A DNA stretch of 64,000 nucleotides from Eledone cirrhosa (GCA_964016885.1 OZ024758.1:992001-1056000); one strand, 5' to 3'. Numbered from the stretch's first letter, positions 1 through 14,100 are shown. Notes: generated by a model from the letters alone, not told the origin. Numbers and translations are program-made.

Positions 1-920
1 CATACATACATACATACACTCATATATACATGGTGGCTGACAACTCGTTTTCGAGTACGTTCGACTACATTATATCCATGTAGGAGAACCCCTACCGATG
101 CGCTGAACGAGTGTGACTTTTTCGTCCAGCCAGCGACATGAAAACTCTGGTACAAACACTACACTTGTGACAATTATTGACACATAGTGCTGGGCCCATG
201 GTACCATGTGACGTCAAGTGCAGAGAGATCCCCAGATATAAAGCAATGCCTGTACCGTGAAGCTTTTATGGTGAGCAAAGGCACTGCACAAAGCCAGTCC
301 CACTCTCTTAACCATATACATACATCAATATATACATACATCAATATATATATACATCAATACATAAAATATACATATATATATACACACATACATACAA
401 CTTAAACACACCTGTTGTAAACGCAAGAGATTCCACATTAATATACTCACACATACATATACACATACATACACATATACGCACAAACATACACGAACAA
501 ACAAACACAAACACACACACACACACACAAACAAACACACACATGAATACACACATGAACACTCACACACCACGGGCCCATACACTCACACACGGGTCCA
601 CACACGCACACACGGACCCATACAGACATACAAGGCTCCACACACCGATACACGTGTCCACACACCCACACACGCTCCCAGAAACACCTGTTGAAATTCT
701 ACTTCAATCGGTTTTATCAATTAGAGTAGCAGTTGTATGAAGAATGGAACAGCCTGTTGATATTAACATAAGAGTGTCGGGGAATTCCACACTCACGTGT
801 ACTTTTATCGTAGTACTCTGCTAGATTCAGCGTGACAAGTAACTGTTACAACTCAATGTAAGTGAACAGGATGAGTGAACAAGAACAACAGGAATAAAAC
901 TCTTTATATATGTGTATATA

Positions 921-1114
921 GTGGAGGTTCGTAGCTTAGTAGTTAGAGTGGTGGACTATCAAACATATTCCTTGACTGTATTATATATTGTCTTCTTGAA
1001 CAAAGCCCCTCATTTCCCGCTGCTCCAATATATTCAGCTGTAAATGTGTATCTGCAATCGTTGGCTCGCTGGGAGCTTAAACATACGATGGATTGGTGTC
1101 CTGTCCAGGGGTTT

Positions 1115-1115
<1 letters not shown>
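921..1115 (+). mobile_element. Degenerate tRNA-derived SINE
   Basis: A-box-like TAGCTTAGTAG, body TCTTGAACAAAGCCCCTCATTTCCCGCTGCTCCA related to S1, and tail GATGGATTGGTGTCCTGTCCAGGGG. Confidence 0.55.
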
Positions 1116-1170
<55 letters not shown>

Positions 1171-1199
1171 CTACGTAAACACACATCTCTCTCTCTCTC

Positions 1200-1246
<47 letters not shown>

Positions 1247-2361
1247 TGCATTCATACTGATGCATCACGTGTAAGGATTTAGTCATTAATATTGACTTCA
1301 CAAATTCGGCTGGAAATATATTTTTATTATTTTCCACAGACCATGACGTACTTTGAAACGAAATAATAAAAGCCAATCTTCAGACTAGATCAAAAAATTT
1401 ATTTTTCTACAGGCCTTCCATTTCTTTCTTTTTTTTTCTCTTTTTTTAAAACATTTTTGTACTATCTGCAGATCTCAAATCCTGGCATAAACCTCAGTGA
1501 TACTCCGATTACAGTAGGCGGGTTTAGAACTCCGAATGCACAGATCTGTAACAGATACCGCAAATCATTTCGACCGACTCTTTGACGTATCTTTGGACTC
1601 AGTAACCAAACACGATACAAGAAATTTGTCCGACACATTACTTTTAATACCAACACACCGATCCCATATAAACTACCATATTGGAGCTATTGCTATAAAT
1701 TGTACTCAAATAAGAAATTACATCCAAGATCCATAACATCAAGAAAGTAAATGTTTATCTTCAGCAGAACTGCCCACCAAAGCAATTTACTTACAAACCT
1801 GAAGTTGATACTCTTCCTCCTTAGGATATTTGACCGAGGAGATAAAGAAATGATATATTGTATTTCGTGTTTTCTTGAGTCCTGTCGTCTTTCTTCTTTT
1901 AACTTTCTACAACTAATCTGTTTCGGTGTCGTAAGATAGAGTATGAATATCTATGTGTCTATCTGCCTCAGCATTATTTTCTGTAAATACGTATATATCT
2001 ATGTGCGTGTGTGCCTATAGGTTTGTTTTTTTTTTCTTTTTAAAGATTTTATTTTCTTTACATACAAATAATTAATACGTTAACATAAAGAGTTGCTGAA
2101 TTCAACACTTCAGATGAACAACCAGTTTAAAACGAAGCCTTATATATTTAACGAAGATCGCCGATATGTCAACGGTCCCCGGTTAACGTCTAGCTCACCC
2201 AATGAATCCGCCGAAATTGCAGTAATGCAATCAACTATTCAGAGTGCACACATTTTAATTAATAGCAGTTACGTTGGGCGTGTTTTGGCTGAGATGAAAG
2301 TAAAAGTCTCGAATCCTGGACGATATTCTTTCTGTGCAACATAACTTCACAAATGCCCAAG

Positions 2362-2600
2362 TTTGGCACCCTTGATCCTTGGTGTGTGCACGTTTTGGGC
2401 TATTGTTCCTTGCTGTGCCCACATTTGAGACGGTTGATCCTTAGTGTGCCCGTGTTTAGGACGGTATGATTCTTCGTATACCCACAATTGGGGATTGTTG
2501 ATCCTTGGTGTGCCCGAGATTGGCACTCTTGATCGTTTGGTGTACATGAAATTGGAATTGTTGATCGTTGGTGTGTCCACGCGTTGGGACTGTTAATCCG
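2362..2600. repeat. Degenerate minisatellite with a unit of about 31 bp
   Basis: About 7-8 diverged head-to-tail units of GTTGATCCTTGGTGTGCCCACGTTTGGGACT. Confidence 0.75.
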
Positions 2601-3856
2601 TGTGTGTGTATGTGTATGAGTAATAACAGAAACCTCGATGTTGCCCAGATGACGATTAGATTCAAATGGACTTGCGGCAAATATAAAGAAAATTATTTTC
2701 GAAATTTGGTTTTATTCCTTCATCATTAATGAGGTGATGCCTAACGTGTTTCTTATGTGAAAAACCTTTGAAATAGTGGCATAGAGGTTTTCAAAGATGA
2801 AAAACCACATCGAGATGTTGCAACTATATAACTTCAAGAAATACTTTCAATTATTTACGACATTGAATATTTGGAAACTTCCAACGCCAATGTCTTTTCT
2901 TTACACCCAGCTCATATTTTATATGGAAATGGATTCCTCCTTAACAGAAGAAATAAAGAAATCTCTATCAATTGTTGAGGATAATTATCATACTTGTTAA
3001 GAAAGTTACACACGCTGTTACACGGAAGGACTCCAAACATATTGGTAACCTCTCAGTAACAATCTATATATAAATTTGAGCAACTTCCGTCCGTCACACA
3101 ATGTATGTGCCTGTGTATGTATGTGTTTGTGTTTGTGTAAATGTATGTGTGTGTAAAAGAAAAGAAGGGGATAGTGAGAAAACTATAGCAAACATGACTG
3201 GCGTTACATTTGCTTACGCTGTGTGGGAGTGTACGTGTATGTGTGTGTTTGTGTAAATGTATGTGTATGTTTGTGTGAATGTATGTGCGTGTGTATGTTT
3301 GTGTGAATTCAGTGTATTTGTGTGAATGTATGGCTCTGAGTGAGTATTTTTGTATGTGTCTGTGTTTGCGCGTTTATATTTTTCATACTCATACATATAA
3401 ATGTATGCACATATGCACATATACACACGTAGACGCATATACACATACCCGTCAGTGTTCTAGTAGAGTAAAATTGCTGAAAAAGATGTTGAAAGGACGC
3501 TAACTTTAGAATTCCATAGTCCGAAGTTGCTATCTTCCTAGATGGGTCAACATTTAGATGTATCGATAGTTTTACTGGAGGCCCAGTAAAATGTATTCTC
3601 TTCAAAATTACACAAATCTTGAACGATTTTCTCCTTCACTATCACCATAACCACTAATGATATTAGTAACACAACCTAAGACCTGTCAACTATCCCAGTC
3701 TGACAGGGAGATCTCCCACCACTTTAAGGTGGGTGAGAGATGTCTTGTGAAAATGGGTATAGTCTTTCATTATGTAAATTTCCTCATTTTACCTCATTTC
3801 TCCCCGTTTTGGGGCCACTTTTTTATGGGTCTCCCCGTTTACTACTAGTAATACTG

Positions 3857-3910
<54 letters not shown>

Positions 3911-3995
3911 ATAGTATTACCAACACAACTGCCATCAACAACAAAAACTACTATTATTATCACTACCAACCACCAACAACAAAATAAACAAATAT

Positions 3996-4031
<36 letters not shown>

Positions 4032-4923
4032 ACCACAAATGTACCGTCACCTATATTGCCACCAGCACAATCACCGAAATCACACTAATGGCGGTGTTGT
4101 GGTAATAGTGGTAGTAGTGTTGGTAGTGACGGTGGAGGGCAATAACAATAACAGAAATATAGCATTTGGAGAAATGAAAAGAAACTCTATTATAAAAGAA
4201 AAAAAAACACAAAAAATAACGAAATAAGGTAAAAAAAGAAGAGAGGAGGCTTCCCTCTATCGGACAGATGTAACGCTCATAATAACCCAGCATTCAATAG
4301 CGTCACCTCTACTTGTCATACACAGAAACCACATTTATCCGAACATATGTTACACAAATTCATGAGACAGACACACAAACACACCTCATATCTCACGGCT
4401 CTCTCTCTCTCTCTCTCTCTCTCAATCTCTCTCTCTCTCTCTCTCTCTGCCTGTCTCTCTCTCTCTCTCTCTCTTTGGTATCTCTCTCTTTTTGTCTCTC
4501 CTCTCATTCTTTCTCATTTCTGTCTCTGTCTCTCACTCGTTTGCCTTTTTTCTCTCTCTTCCTCTTTCTTTGTACTCCCTTTCCCTCTCTATATCCATGC
4601 ATTCACACCACCAATCACACACACACACAGTCACTCTCTTACACACACAAACACATACACTTACGCCTTCATCATTCTCCGTATCTCACTGTCTCTCTCT
4701 TTCTCTTCCACTTTCTCTCTCTCCCTTTCCCTCTCTATCTTTCACAAACACACAAACATTTCACTCCCTTCAATCCACACATACACTACACTCCCCCAAT
4801 CACACACATACACACACTCCCCAACCACAACACATACAGATACTCTCTCTTTATCACACCAACATAAGCCACTCACTATATTTTGACACCAGCATTTATA
4901 ACATATCTTCCCGCCAGTCCTTT

Positions 4924-5123
4924 NNNNNNNNNNNNNNNNNNNNNNNNNNNNNNNNNNNNNNNNNNNNNNNNNNNNNNNNNNNNNNNNNNNNNNNNNNNNN
5001 NNNNNNNNNNNNNNNNNNNNNNNNNNNNNNNNNNNNNNNNNNNNNNNNNNNNNNNNNNNNNNNNNNNNNNNNNNNNNNNNNNNNNNNNNNNNNNNNNNNN
5101 NNNNNNNNNNNNNNNNNNNNNNN
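4924..5123. other. Assembly gap (200 N)
   Basis: Run of N. Confidence 1.
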
Positions 5124-5317
5124 TACATGTCTACATGGTAGACATGTATACATGCTAGACATGTATGTATTTATGTATAAATACATGTGACTATGCATAT
5201 ATAGGCAGCCGAATCCACACACACACCAGACCTCACCACCTCCCTATATTATTATTTCTGGCAATATATGACCCTCCCCAAGTACAACAATATATATATA
5301 TATATTTAATATAGATG

Positions 5318-5368
5318 AGATTCTACAGGACTAGAACTGTTTCATACTTTAGAAATCATCAGGAATCT
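5318..5368 (-). ncRNA. Type I hammerhead ribozyme motif (weak stem II)
   Basis: Minus strand reads AGATTC-CTGATGA-tttctaaagtat-GAAA-cag ttctagtc ctg-TA-GAATCT. It has a 6-bp stem I, an intact core and a 4-bp stem III; stem II pairs poorly. Confidence 0.6.
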
Positions 5369-5813
5369 GGGTATCAAAAAATAAATATGGTATTTATAGG
5401 TCTCTTCACGTGGTAGGAGAAGGTAGGGAGTGGGATGGGTAGAGGTCATTGGTTGATAGAAAAGGGAATTCATTAAAAGCTAATTCTTTAAAGCTATAAT
5501 TTATATTTAGAGTAACAAAGGCAGAAAGAATTCTATAAACAAGTTCAGAATGGGGTGCCACTCATTTTAAAGTGTCTCTTAAGCTAACAATGCCTATATT
5601 TCAGGTGTCTATAAGATCGTTGGGGGTCAGACATGGTTGATGGATTTAAAGAAAAGGGAAATTATTTAAAAGCTAATTCTTTAAGATTCTACTTAGAGTG
5701 ACAAGGCCAAGAGAATTCTATAGACCAGTATATATATATATAAGGAAGAATGATTTCACTTGTAGTTCTAAACAATTTAATTCAATTTTATAAAATTATG
5801 ATTTTACAATTTA

Positions 5814-5847
<34 letters not shown>

Positions 5848-5851
5848 CCCC

Positions 5852-6019
<168 letters not shown>

Positions 6020-6190
6020 TATACATATATATATATGTATATTATATATACGTTTATATATATACACAAATACGCATATATATATGTATATATATATATA
6101 TATATACACACATACACACACATATATGTATATATATATATATATAAAGAGAGAGAGAGAGCGAGAGAGAGAGAGAGGGGGAGGGGAGAG

Positions 6191-6254
<64 letters not shown>

Positions 6255-6547
6255 TATAAAAAGAAACAGGAAAACGGACAGAAAGACATGAACTAAGATT
6301 CTTGGATTTATTGATATATAATTTCTAGTCAAACATCAATTCAGTAACAGGAAATAGTTTAAGATTTACTTAAAGAAATATTTGAAATTTTTGAAAATGT
6401 TCTGAAAAATCTGTGAAAAAACTAGAAATGTATCTCCGAATTCCAATGTACTACAACTCTCTCTCCCCCCCCCTCTCTCTCTCTCTCTTTATATATATAT
6501 AGATAAAAGAAATCAAAGAACACCTATATACTCAAACAATCTTTATT

Positions 6548-6594
6548 CGCTGACAATGTTTAATCCATACTGTGGGGCAGGAATCATCAGAACG
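6548..6594 (-). ncRNA. Degenerate minimal hammerhead motif
   Basis: Minus strand reads CGTT-CTGATGA-t tcc...gga t-TAAA(G12>T)-cattg-TC-AGCG. Confidence 0.45.
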
Positions 6595-7582
6595 TTATAA
6601 ACAAAAATATAGTGTTGATTATAAGCTCTACCAAGCTTAGTCACCAGAACAGTAGAGATACAGTACAGGATAATAAGAGGGAGATTGGAGATGAGAAGGA
6701 TGGAGAGAATGCGTAATGGGGTTGTTAGTCAACCTTATAGTATATATATATCTAACTATATATATATATATATATACATATGCAGAAATATATGGGGGAG
6801 AAAGCAAGACTTTTAATAACAAACTTGTGTGTGTGTTTATATATATATATATAGAGAGAGAGAAGGAAAGAGAGAGAGCTTGATAGATATAGATATATAG
6901 ATTGATATAGTGAGAGTGTGTGTGTATATGTGCCTGTATATATATATATGTATGTGTGTGTGAGATAGATAGAGAGATAAATAGATACATAGATAGAGAG
7001 AAGAGAGAGAGAGAGAGAGGGGGAGAGGGGGAGAGGGGAGAGGGGAGAGGGAGAGAGTAAGAAAGACAGACAGAGCAAGAGATTTACAATAGGTAATATA
7101 TAAAACATATATTTATATTGTTTCCGTTGCCATTGCATATTTCTTTTCGTGAAAAAAAAAAACTATTTTACATGGAATTCCTAATTCTGATTGAAATGCA
7201 GAAAACATTTACCTTTGAAGAAGCGATGTAAACTCTTTCTGAACAATAAATTACATTCTGCGTGTCTCGTATATCAACCTAAGTAGTTTGCTATTTATTC
7301 GTCTATCGTTCATAACTTTCGTTCTAAATATCTACCTGTGTTTCTTTTCAGCTTAAAATAAATCAAAGAATATATTCAAATGTCTATATATATCATATTT
7401 AATCTCTCTTTCTCTCTCTCTCGTTTTCCTCCATCTCAATTCTACTTTCAAGCATGAAACCGGTAAAGGAAACAAATAAATATTCTTAAAAAGACTCCAG
7501 TTGCATTTTCGATTTCATCTTTTTCATTATATTTTCACTCGTGTAGGACATGTTTTTTTTTCATAAAAAAACAACTCATTTT

Positions 7583-7656
<74 letters not shown>

Positions 7657-7697
7657 GAGAGAGGTGGGGAGGGCGAAAGAAAGCAAAATACAGAGAC

Positions 7698-7739
<42 letters not shown>

Positions 7740-8738
7740 CTTTCTTTTTATTTGCCACCAGGGCATCAAAAGTACAAGGGGGGGGGGGGGTTACATAAAA
7801 AGGCGTCCTCAATAAGGAGGAGGCAATAACAGATAGATAGATAGATAGAGATATTTGGAAGTAATAAATAGATATATATATTTTTCTATAAAAATATATA
7901 TCACTGATATTGAACTAGACTCTCCATATCAACTAGCTATGCTTACTTACATTAAAATTCGTCCTAGTTTTAAATAGATCACCCACCTCCATCATTTTTA
8001 TTTCTTTTCTTTCTTCTTTGGCTTCTTTTTGTTATTTCTATCCTTCTTTTTATCATCATCTTCCTTTCGCCTCCTCCACTCACACATTTTGTTGTTCCTT
8101 TTAAATCTGCCTCTAACCACTCCTTTCCTATCATCATTCTCTCTGTTGTAGGAGCAGATTATGTACTTAGTCGATCTCTCGACGTCCTCCTGCGAGCCAG
8201 GTGCTGTCTGTTGGACACTTCGACAGAGACACATATATATACATACATTCACAAAAACACAGTGAAAGTCTGAAGGTGGCTTTGCTACATCTGCAACAAT
8301 GACACGAACCTGGTTTGCCTCAACTTCCGGTCTTCCAGCTTTAGTTACTGTCCAAGATTCCTACGACATTGTTATTATATATAAACATCACAAGATTCAG
8401 GATTACCTTTTCACCTTCAACCCGTTTTCTTTCTTTATTGTTTTATTTAGGTTCGTTGCTTATTTTTCTTTGTTTTTTTAAATTAATATTAAGACATGGA
8501 TAACTGAATTCAATGAGTAAAGACAGAATATCATACAACATTCAGTTGTGGCTCTTTAAGTTCAAACTCCAGCGAGGCCGACTTCCGATTCCATAAAATA
8601 GGCACCAAACATTATTTTAAATATTGGTAACTTTATCATTTCTTAAATTCTGTATTCTTAGTTGATATTTCATCGTAACTAATGAATTCTTATTTGATAT
8701 ATTGTCTTTAAACATACCCACCACCATATATATATAAA

Positions 8739-8953
8739 CGAGGGTCGGCTGTAAAGTTCACACGCTGAAACGTTCATAGGCTGATCAAGATACTCTCATG
8801 GAATGACCAAACGGGGTATATTCTTCAACAGAGTCCCTGGAAAGGAACAATGCAGATATCAATAATTACAATTGAAATTAATGCAAGCAAAATTTCACAG
8901 CTCTAGCAGCATTCCTTCATAGTCAGCCTTTGAACATTTTAGCTTACCCTCAA
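8739..8953 (+). mobile_element. About 200-bp mariner-derived MITE (family M)
   Basis: The TIR consensus is CGAGGGTxGGCTGAAAAGTTCATAGGCTGA. The internal core CAAGATACTCTCATGGAATGACCAAA is shared with the other complete copies. Confidence 0.75.
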
Positions 8954-9452
8954 GTATGTTATATGAACATACAAGTATGTATAGACGTTCCCACCATGAC
9001 CATGCTATTCACCCTATTGTGTAGCCATGAGTTGTCTCCCGGCGAGGTTCTCCACTTTAGGGTGTACTTCGATAAGAACTAAACACGATATTGTTAAGTT
9101 TGAGAAACCACATAAATGTACCCAAGATGTGCACAATTATACATAATTTATATTACAGTTGAATTAGCTACACTTATGTGTTTGTAAAGTCATTATTTAC
9201 GCATCTCATTCTAGATTGTAAAGAATGTGCACAAACTTAAATATTTTAATAACAAGAATTGGAACACGAGTACGTTGTTAGTTATTTGTTTAAAAAAACA
9301 TACACTCTTACGTAGCTTCGGATAAACATATAATGGTTTCTATAGAGATATGCATTTACAGAGCCAGCCAACTGCTTACTCCACATTTTCATCCCATGTA
9401 TTGAGTACTCCCGTAATTTGTGGTTTCCCTGGTCTCAGCAGAGCAGATTCTC

Positions 9453-9517
<65 letters not shown>

Positions 9518-9551
9518 TTCTCTCTCTCTCTCTCTGTATATATATATATAT

Positions 9552-9891
9552 ATATTTATTAAAATAACAGATTAAAGTTTAAGCAAAGAATCGCTGCTTT
9601 CACCCTTAACGGGATCTTCTGAAACTAACAAAGTCAATCTGTAAACGCAGAACTGGATATTTCAAAAAACGTTGCAACCGGAGGAAGACAGGAAGACGAT
9701 ACTTTGGTTCGTGGTAACGTTCGCTGGCAAAGAACGGGAAAAAACGAAGTATCGTCTTCCTCCGGTTGCAACGTTTTTTGAAATATCCAGTTCTGCGTTT
9801 ACAGATTGACTTTGTTAGTTTCAGAAGATCCCGTTAAGGGTGAAAGCAGCGATTCTTTGCTTAAACTTTAATCTGTTATTTTAATAAATAT
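9552..9891. mobile_element. Fold-back element with about 145-bp inverted arms carrying a hammerhead-like motif in each arm (plus-strand copy 9817-9867), between (TA)n tracts
   Basis: 9552-9704 is the reverse complement of 9747-9891 apart from an 8-bp AGGAAGAC duplication. The motif is AGTTT-CAGAAGA-t ccc gttaa ggg t-GAAA-gca...tgc-TT-AAACT, with U4>A in the core. Confidence 0.75.
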
Positions 9892-9973
9892 TTGCTCTAC
9901 GGTTCTTATATATTTGATATATATTTTCCTTATCGAGCCCTCTTTGGATTTTAGTCTTCAATTTTATTATTAT

Positions 9974-10017
<44 letters not shown>

Positions 10018-10132
10018 CATATATATTATATCATATTATATATATATATATATATATGTGCCAAAAGTAGAAACAATTATATATATATATATATATATAA
10101 TGTATATATACACATACACACACATATATATA

Positions 10133-10176
<44 letters not shown>

Positions 10177-10305
10177 TTGAACTATAGGTACATGCCCTTT
10201 TTGTCAGCTGAATGGAAGATATCAACAGGAAATAAAACTGGTTGCTGAAGGACAGAACGGCTTAAACACTCTACCCGTTAAATCACTCACCATCATACAT
10301 GTATA

Positions 10306-10389
<84 letters not shown>

Positions 10390-10729
10390 ATTTCCATTTA
10401 CACTTTCCATTCATTTCAATGTTGAAACTTCCGATATGAAAGTAAGCATACTCAATCCACGCACTTTTAAGAACCCTACCCTTAACATTCAACTTCCTTA
10501 TTGACCCTTAAATTCTTACATTGTGACAGGTTTGATGTGTTAGTTGAGGGATCTTGCGTATATTTTCAGATGTCTGGCTGTTTATATCGATGGATGTTTG
10601 AACTTGAAGATACATCTCTGTATGCAGGTGTTCGCTAACTTTCTTTCACTGTTTATTTGGCTCTCTTGGGGTGATTAAACGTGCGTAAGCGCGCACATAT
10701 GTGAATCCATATGTGTATAAATGTGTGTG

Positions 10730-10776
<47 letters not shown>

Positions 10777-10785
10777 AAATATATA

Positions 10786-10816
<31 letters not shown>

Positions 10817-11077
10817 GTGTACGTATATATATATATATATATATATATACACGTGTGTGTGTAGATATATATATATACATCCATGTGTATATATATATAT
10901 ACACCATATCTGTGTGTACATAGTATATACACCCATGTGTTCTCCGTCTGAATGAATGAACGAATTCATAAATGTGTATATTTTTGTTAGCTGTATAGGT
11001 TTGTAAACTACTGACGGTGTATGGTTTTACCAATGTCTATATTATTCTATAAGTATATCAATATGATATATATATAT

Positions 11078-11144
<67 letters not shown>

Positions 11145-11188
11145 ATATATATATATATAGATATAGATATATAAATATATATATAAAT

Positions 11189-11238
11189 ATAAAGGATCAT
11201 GAGTTCATGCAATTGACTTATGTTTCGTCACTATAACA

Positions 11239-11308
<70 letters not shown>

Positions 11309-12050
11309 TATAGTGACGAAACATAAGTCAATTGCATGAACTCATAATCCTTTATTTACTGCTATATATACTTCGATGATAGCCATTGAATGGCTATGAC
11401 CTCATCAGGCAGTTAGTCAGTTCTTAGATATGCCAGCTCTGTGTTTATGGTGTTGATGGTATCAGAGCCTTGGGACATATGAGTTTGTTAGGAATAATTT
11501 AATGTTGTCAGCAGCAATAGTCTTAATTCTCATTGGTCAGTTTGTAGATGCTAATATGGTTGGTATTTGACCTCAAAGAGGCAGGTTGTGTTTTAAAGTT
11601 CAAACCGTCAGGCAAGATGACAATAGTTCCATATGACTGATTTTCACAAAAAGCATTCCTGGTCAGATATATATTCAATTGAGGTTAATAGTATGAAATT
11701 CGATACTACAGGTCATTCTTAAATTGAGGAATTTATGTGGAGTGGTACTACTGAAATTATGGTTAGAGTAGAATACTAGAAAATTTACAAATAATATATA
11801 ATCCAGTATGCAAATTGCATGAAAATACCAGGCCCAACTAATTAACGATGAAATATAAGGGGATCATTTATGTTCCTTATAAATCTTAAATGGGATCATG
11901 CGTAATACTGATCAAAATCTTTTCACGAGATTGAACCAATATTTTATTGAATATGTTGATTCTAATTATGTTCCCGAAAGCAGGTCAGTATTCTGGCGAG
12001 GCTTAGTTGATGAGACATATTTTGCTATCTCCACTCCTAATGGAATCGAT
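11189..12050. mobile_element. Rearranged Penelope-like retroelement relic (3' end with hammerhead on minus strand; RT-like fragment on plus strand)
   Basis: On the minus strand, GTIVILPDGLNFK (PxGLN-like endonuclease-end motif, about 11595-11631) is followed by a hammerhead at 11413-11358. On the plus strand, about 11855-12030 gives KGIIY...MGS...VFWRGLVDETYF, a decayed version of the PLE RT MGS and WxRYVDD motifs. Confidence 0.55.
11358..11413 (-). ncRNA. Minimal type I hammerhead ribozyme motif
   Basis: Minus strand reads ACTGC-CTGATGA-ggtc atagcca ttcaa tggctat catc-GAAG-tatata-TA-GCAGT. It has a 5-bp stem I, a long stem II and a palindromic TATATA stem III, with A15.1>G. Confidence 0.75.
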
Positions 12051-12358
12051 GTCGTGACATGAAGCTTGTCTGAACATCTGAGACTGGCGAAGTCACCAGG
12101 TCTGACGACAGCCAATTTCTCATGGAAGGAAGAAGGGGAGAAGAAGATGATGAGAATATATATATATATATAAAGAAAAAAGGATGAAGTTTCGTTTACA
12201 TGCTTTCATTGATTACCAACATGTTACGTTCGATTCCCTAATGATTGGTATCGATCTACTTGTCAGACTTTGTGATTCAAACCAAAACAATGTATGTTTA
12301 AGATGATATATATATGTGTGTATACAAAGGGAGTGGTGGTAGTGGTGGAGGAGAAGGA

Positions 12359-12441
12359 GAAGAAGAAGAAGAAGAAGAAGAAGAAGAAGAAGAAGAAGAA
12401 GAAGAAGAAGAAGAAGAAGAAGAAGAAGAAGAAGAAGAAGA
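12359..12441. repeat. (GAA)n trinucleotide microsatellite
   Basis: Pure GAA run. Confidence 0.95.
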
Positions 12442-12999
12442 AAGGTAGGGTGTGAACTCGGAGAGCAGAGAGGTGGAACCTACAACAGAAGGACTTCAAT
12501 GAGACTGTAATTTCTCGTTATATTAAGTATAATATCTGGTGAATCTTATTTTTCTGATTATGAAATTGCTTGTGAAAATGTTGTTGAATGGCAGAATGTG
12601 TTTTGTTGTCGTTCAGTGAAAGAGGCACGTGGATGGTTTATGATAAATTTCAAGTAATCATTAAATACATTTATTAGCTTTAGAAAAACTCCAAGGACAT
12701 CGCTGAGATTTAAACGAAGAACGTTGAAAAAATACTGCAAACTTCACAGTCATTGCTCTAAAGTTTAGAGCATATGACAGAATCGTTTAGAGTCTAAACG
12801 ATTCTGTAAATTCCCTGCTTAAGTACTCGTATATTCATGTATTACACAGTTGTTTAAAGAGGTAGGCCATTAAGGGACCCTTCCTATCCACTTTGTCATT
12901 TCTGCTACTTTAAGAATTGTTATGAGTCGTACAATCGAGTCGACCAGTAAAATGCTCAGTGGTGACGTACTTATGACGGTATTGGTATTAGTAACTGTG

Positions 13000-13333
13000 T
13001 AAGGGTGGACTGAATAGTTCATAGACTGAATATGAAGGGGTGGTGTTAGGGCTGTGAAATCTTACTTGCATTAATTTTAACTCTTTTTATTAATAGCTGT
13101 CTTGTTATTTTCCAGAGACTATGTTGAAAAATAAACCTCATTTGGTCATTCCATGAGAATACCTTGGTCAGCCCATGAAAGAGTGATGCTAGAGCTGTGA
13201 AATTTTGCATGTATTAATTTTAACTCTTCTTATTAAATAACTGCATTGTTATCTTCCAGGGACTATGTTGAAAAATAAATCTTATTTGGTGATTCCATGA
13301 GAGTGTCTTGGTCAGCTTATGAACTTTTCAGTC
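13000..13333 (-). mobile_element. Mariner-derived MITE family M, internally duplicated
   Basis: Two tandem copies of the core TTTGGTCATTCCATGAGA...CTTGGTCAGC. Confidence 0.75.
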
Positions 13334-13872
13334 AATGAATTTACAAAGTTAAAATAATAATAATAAATATAACATGTACATCTTATGTAAATGGCCAATA
13401 TTCAGATTTCTCTTTTATTCGAGTGAAAGGGAATAATACATTGGCATTCTGTTTGAGAAGTATGAATATTATGTTCGGTTTACAGATTCATCACGGAGAG
13501 GAGGTCAAAAATTAATAAGTTTGGTAGGAAGGTTGCAAGACTCAGTTTGATACCAGTGACCTTAATTAGTATAAACAGCTCATGATAATGAAAAGAAATT
13601 AAGTGTAATTATGGAGATAATTAAATGATTGAACGGCCATGAATGCATTTTCTTTTGCAGAGCTGAAGGCGATAAGAAACTATGAAATAGAAAAATATTA
13701 AAAAACGATAAATATATAATACAAGAGCGAAGCCGGAAGATACGAGGAGATGAGAGAAAGAGGAAGAGAAAATGAAGCAAATCTATTATAAAATTAGATT
13801 TAACACTAAAAAGTATAAAATAATTAAGTCATATTATATATGCCTATACACACATCCTTGCATGAGTTCATT

Positions 13873-13909
<37 letters not shown>

Positions 13910-13911
13910 AT

Positions 13912-13963
<52 letters not shown>

Positions 13964-14100
13964 CCATATATATTAATATAAATATATATATATGTGTGTG
14001 TGTATATATATATATATATATGTATGTACATATACATATGTATAAATATATATATATGAATATATTTATATATATATATGAATATATATACATATATATA

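Noticed and set aside
88-165. Hammerhead-like arrangement CCGATGC-gctgaacga...tcgtccagc-...GAAA
   Set aside because: It has two core mismatches, an insertion before GAAA and no stem I. It may be a relic but cannot be supported.
1380-1940. Unique-looking block as a possible exon of a second gene
   Set aside because: No recognisable protein in the frames examined and no convincing splice pair. It could be UTR or old TE sequence.
2362-2600. Regular repeats of about 31 bp as a possible CRISPR array (likewise 63193-63501)
   Set aside because: The units are head-to-tail and degenerate without unique spacers, the context is eukaryotic, and there are no cas genes. These are minisatellites.
10390-10690. 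Possible PLE 3' end (KNPTLNIQ-like motif followed by CTTGAAGA-stem)
   Set aside because: Too degenerate; the GAAA half of the hammerhead is missing.
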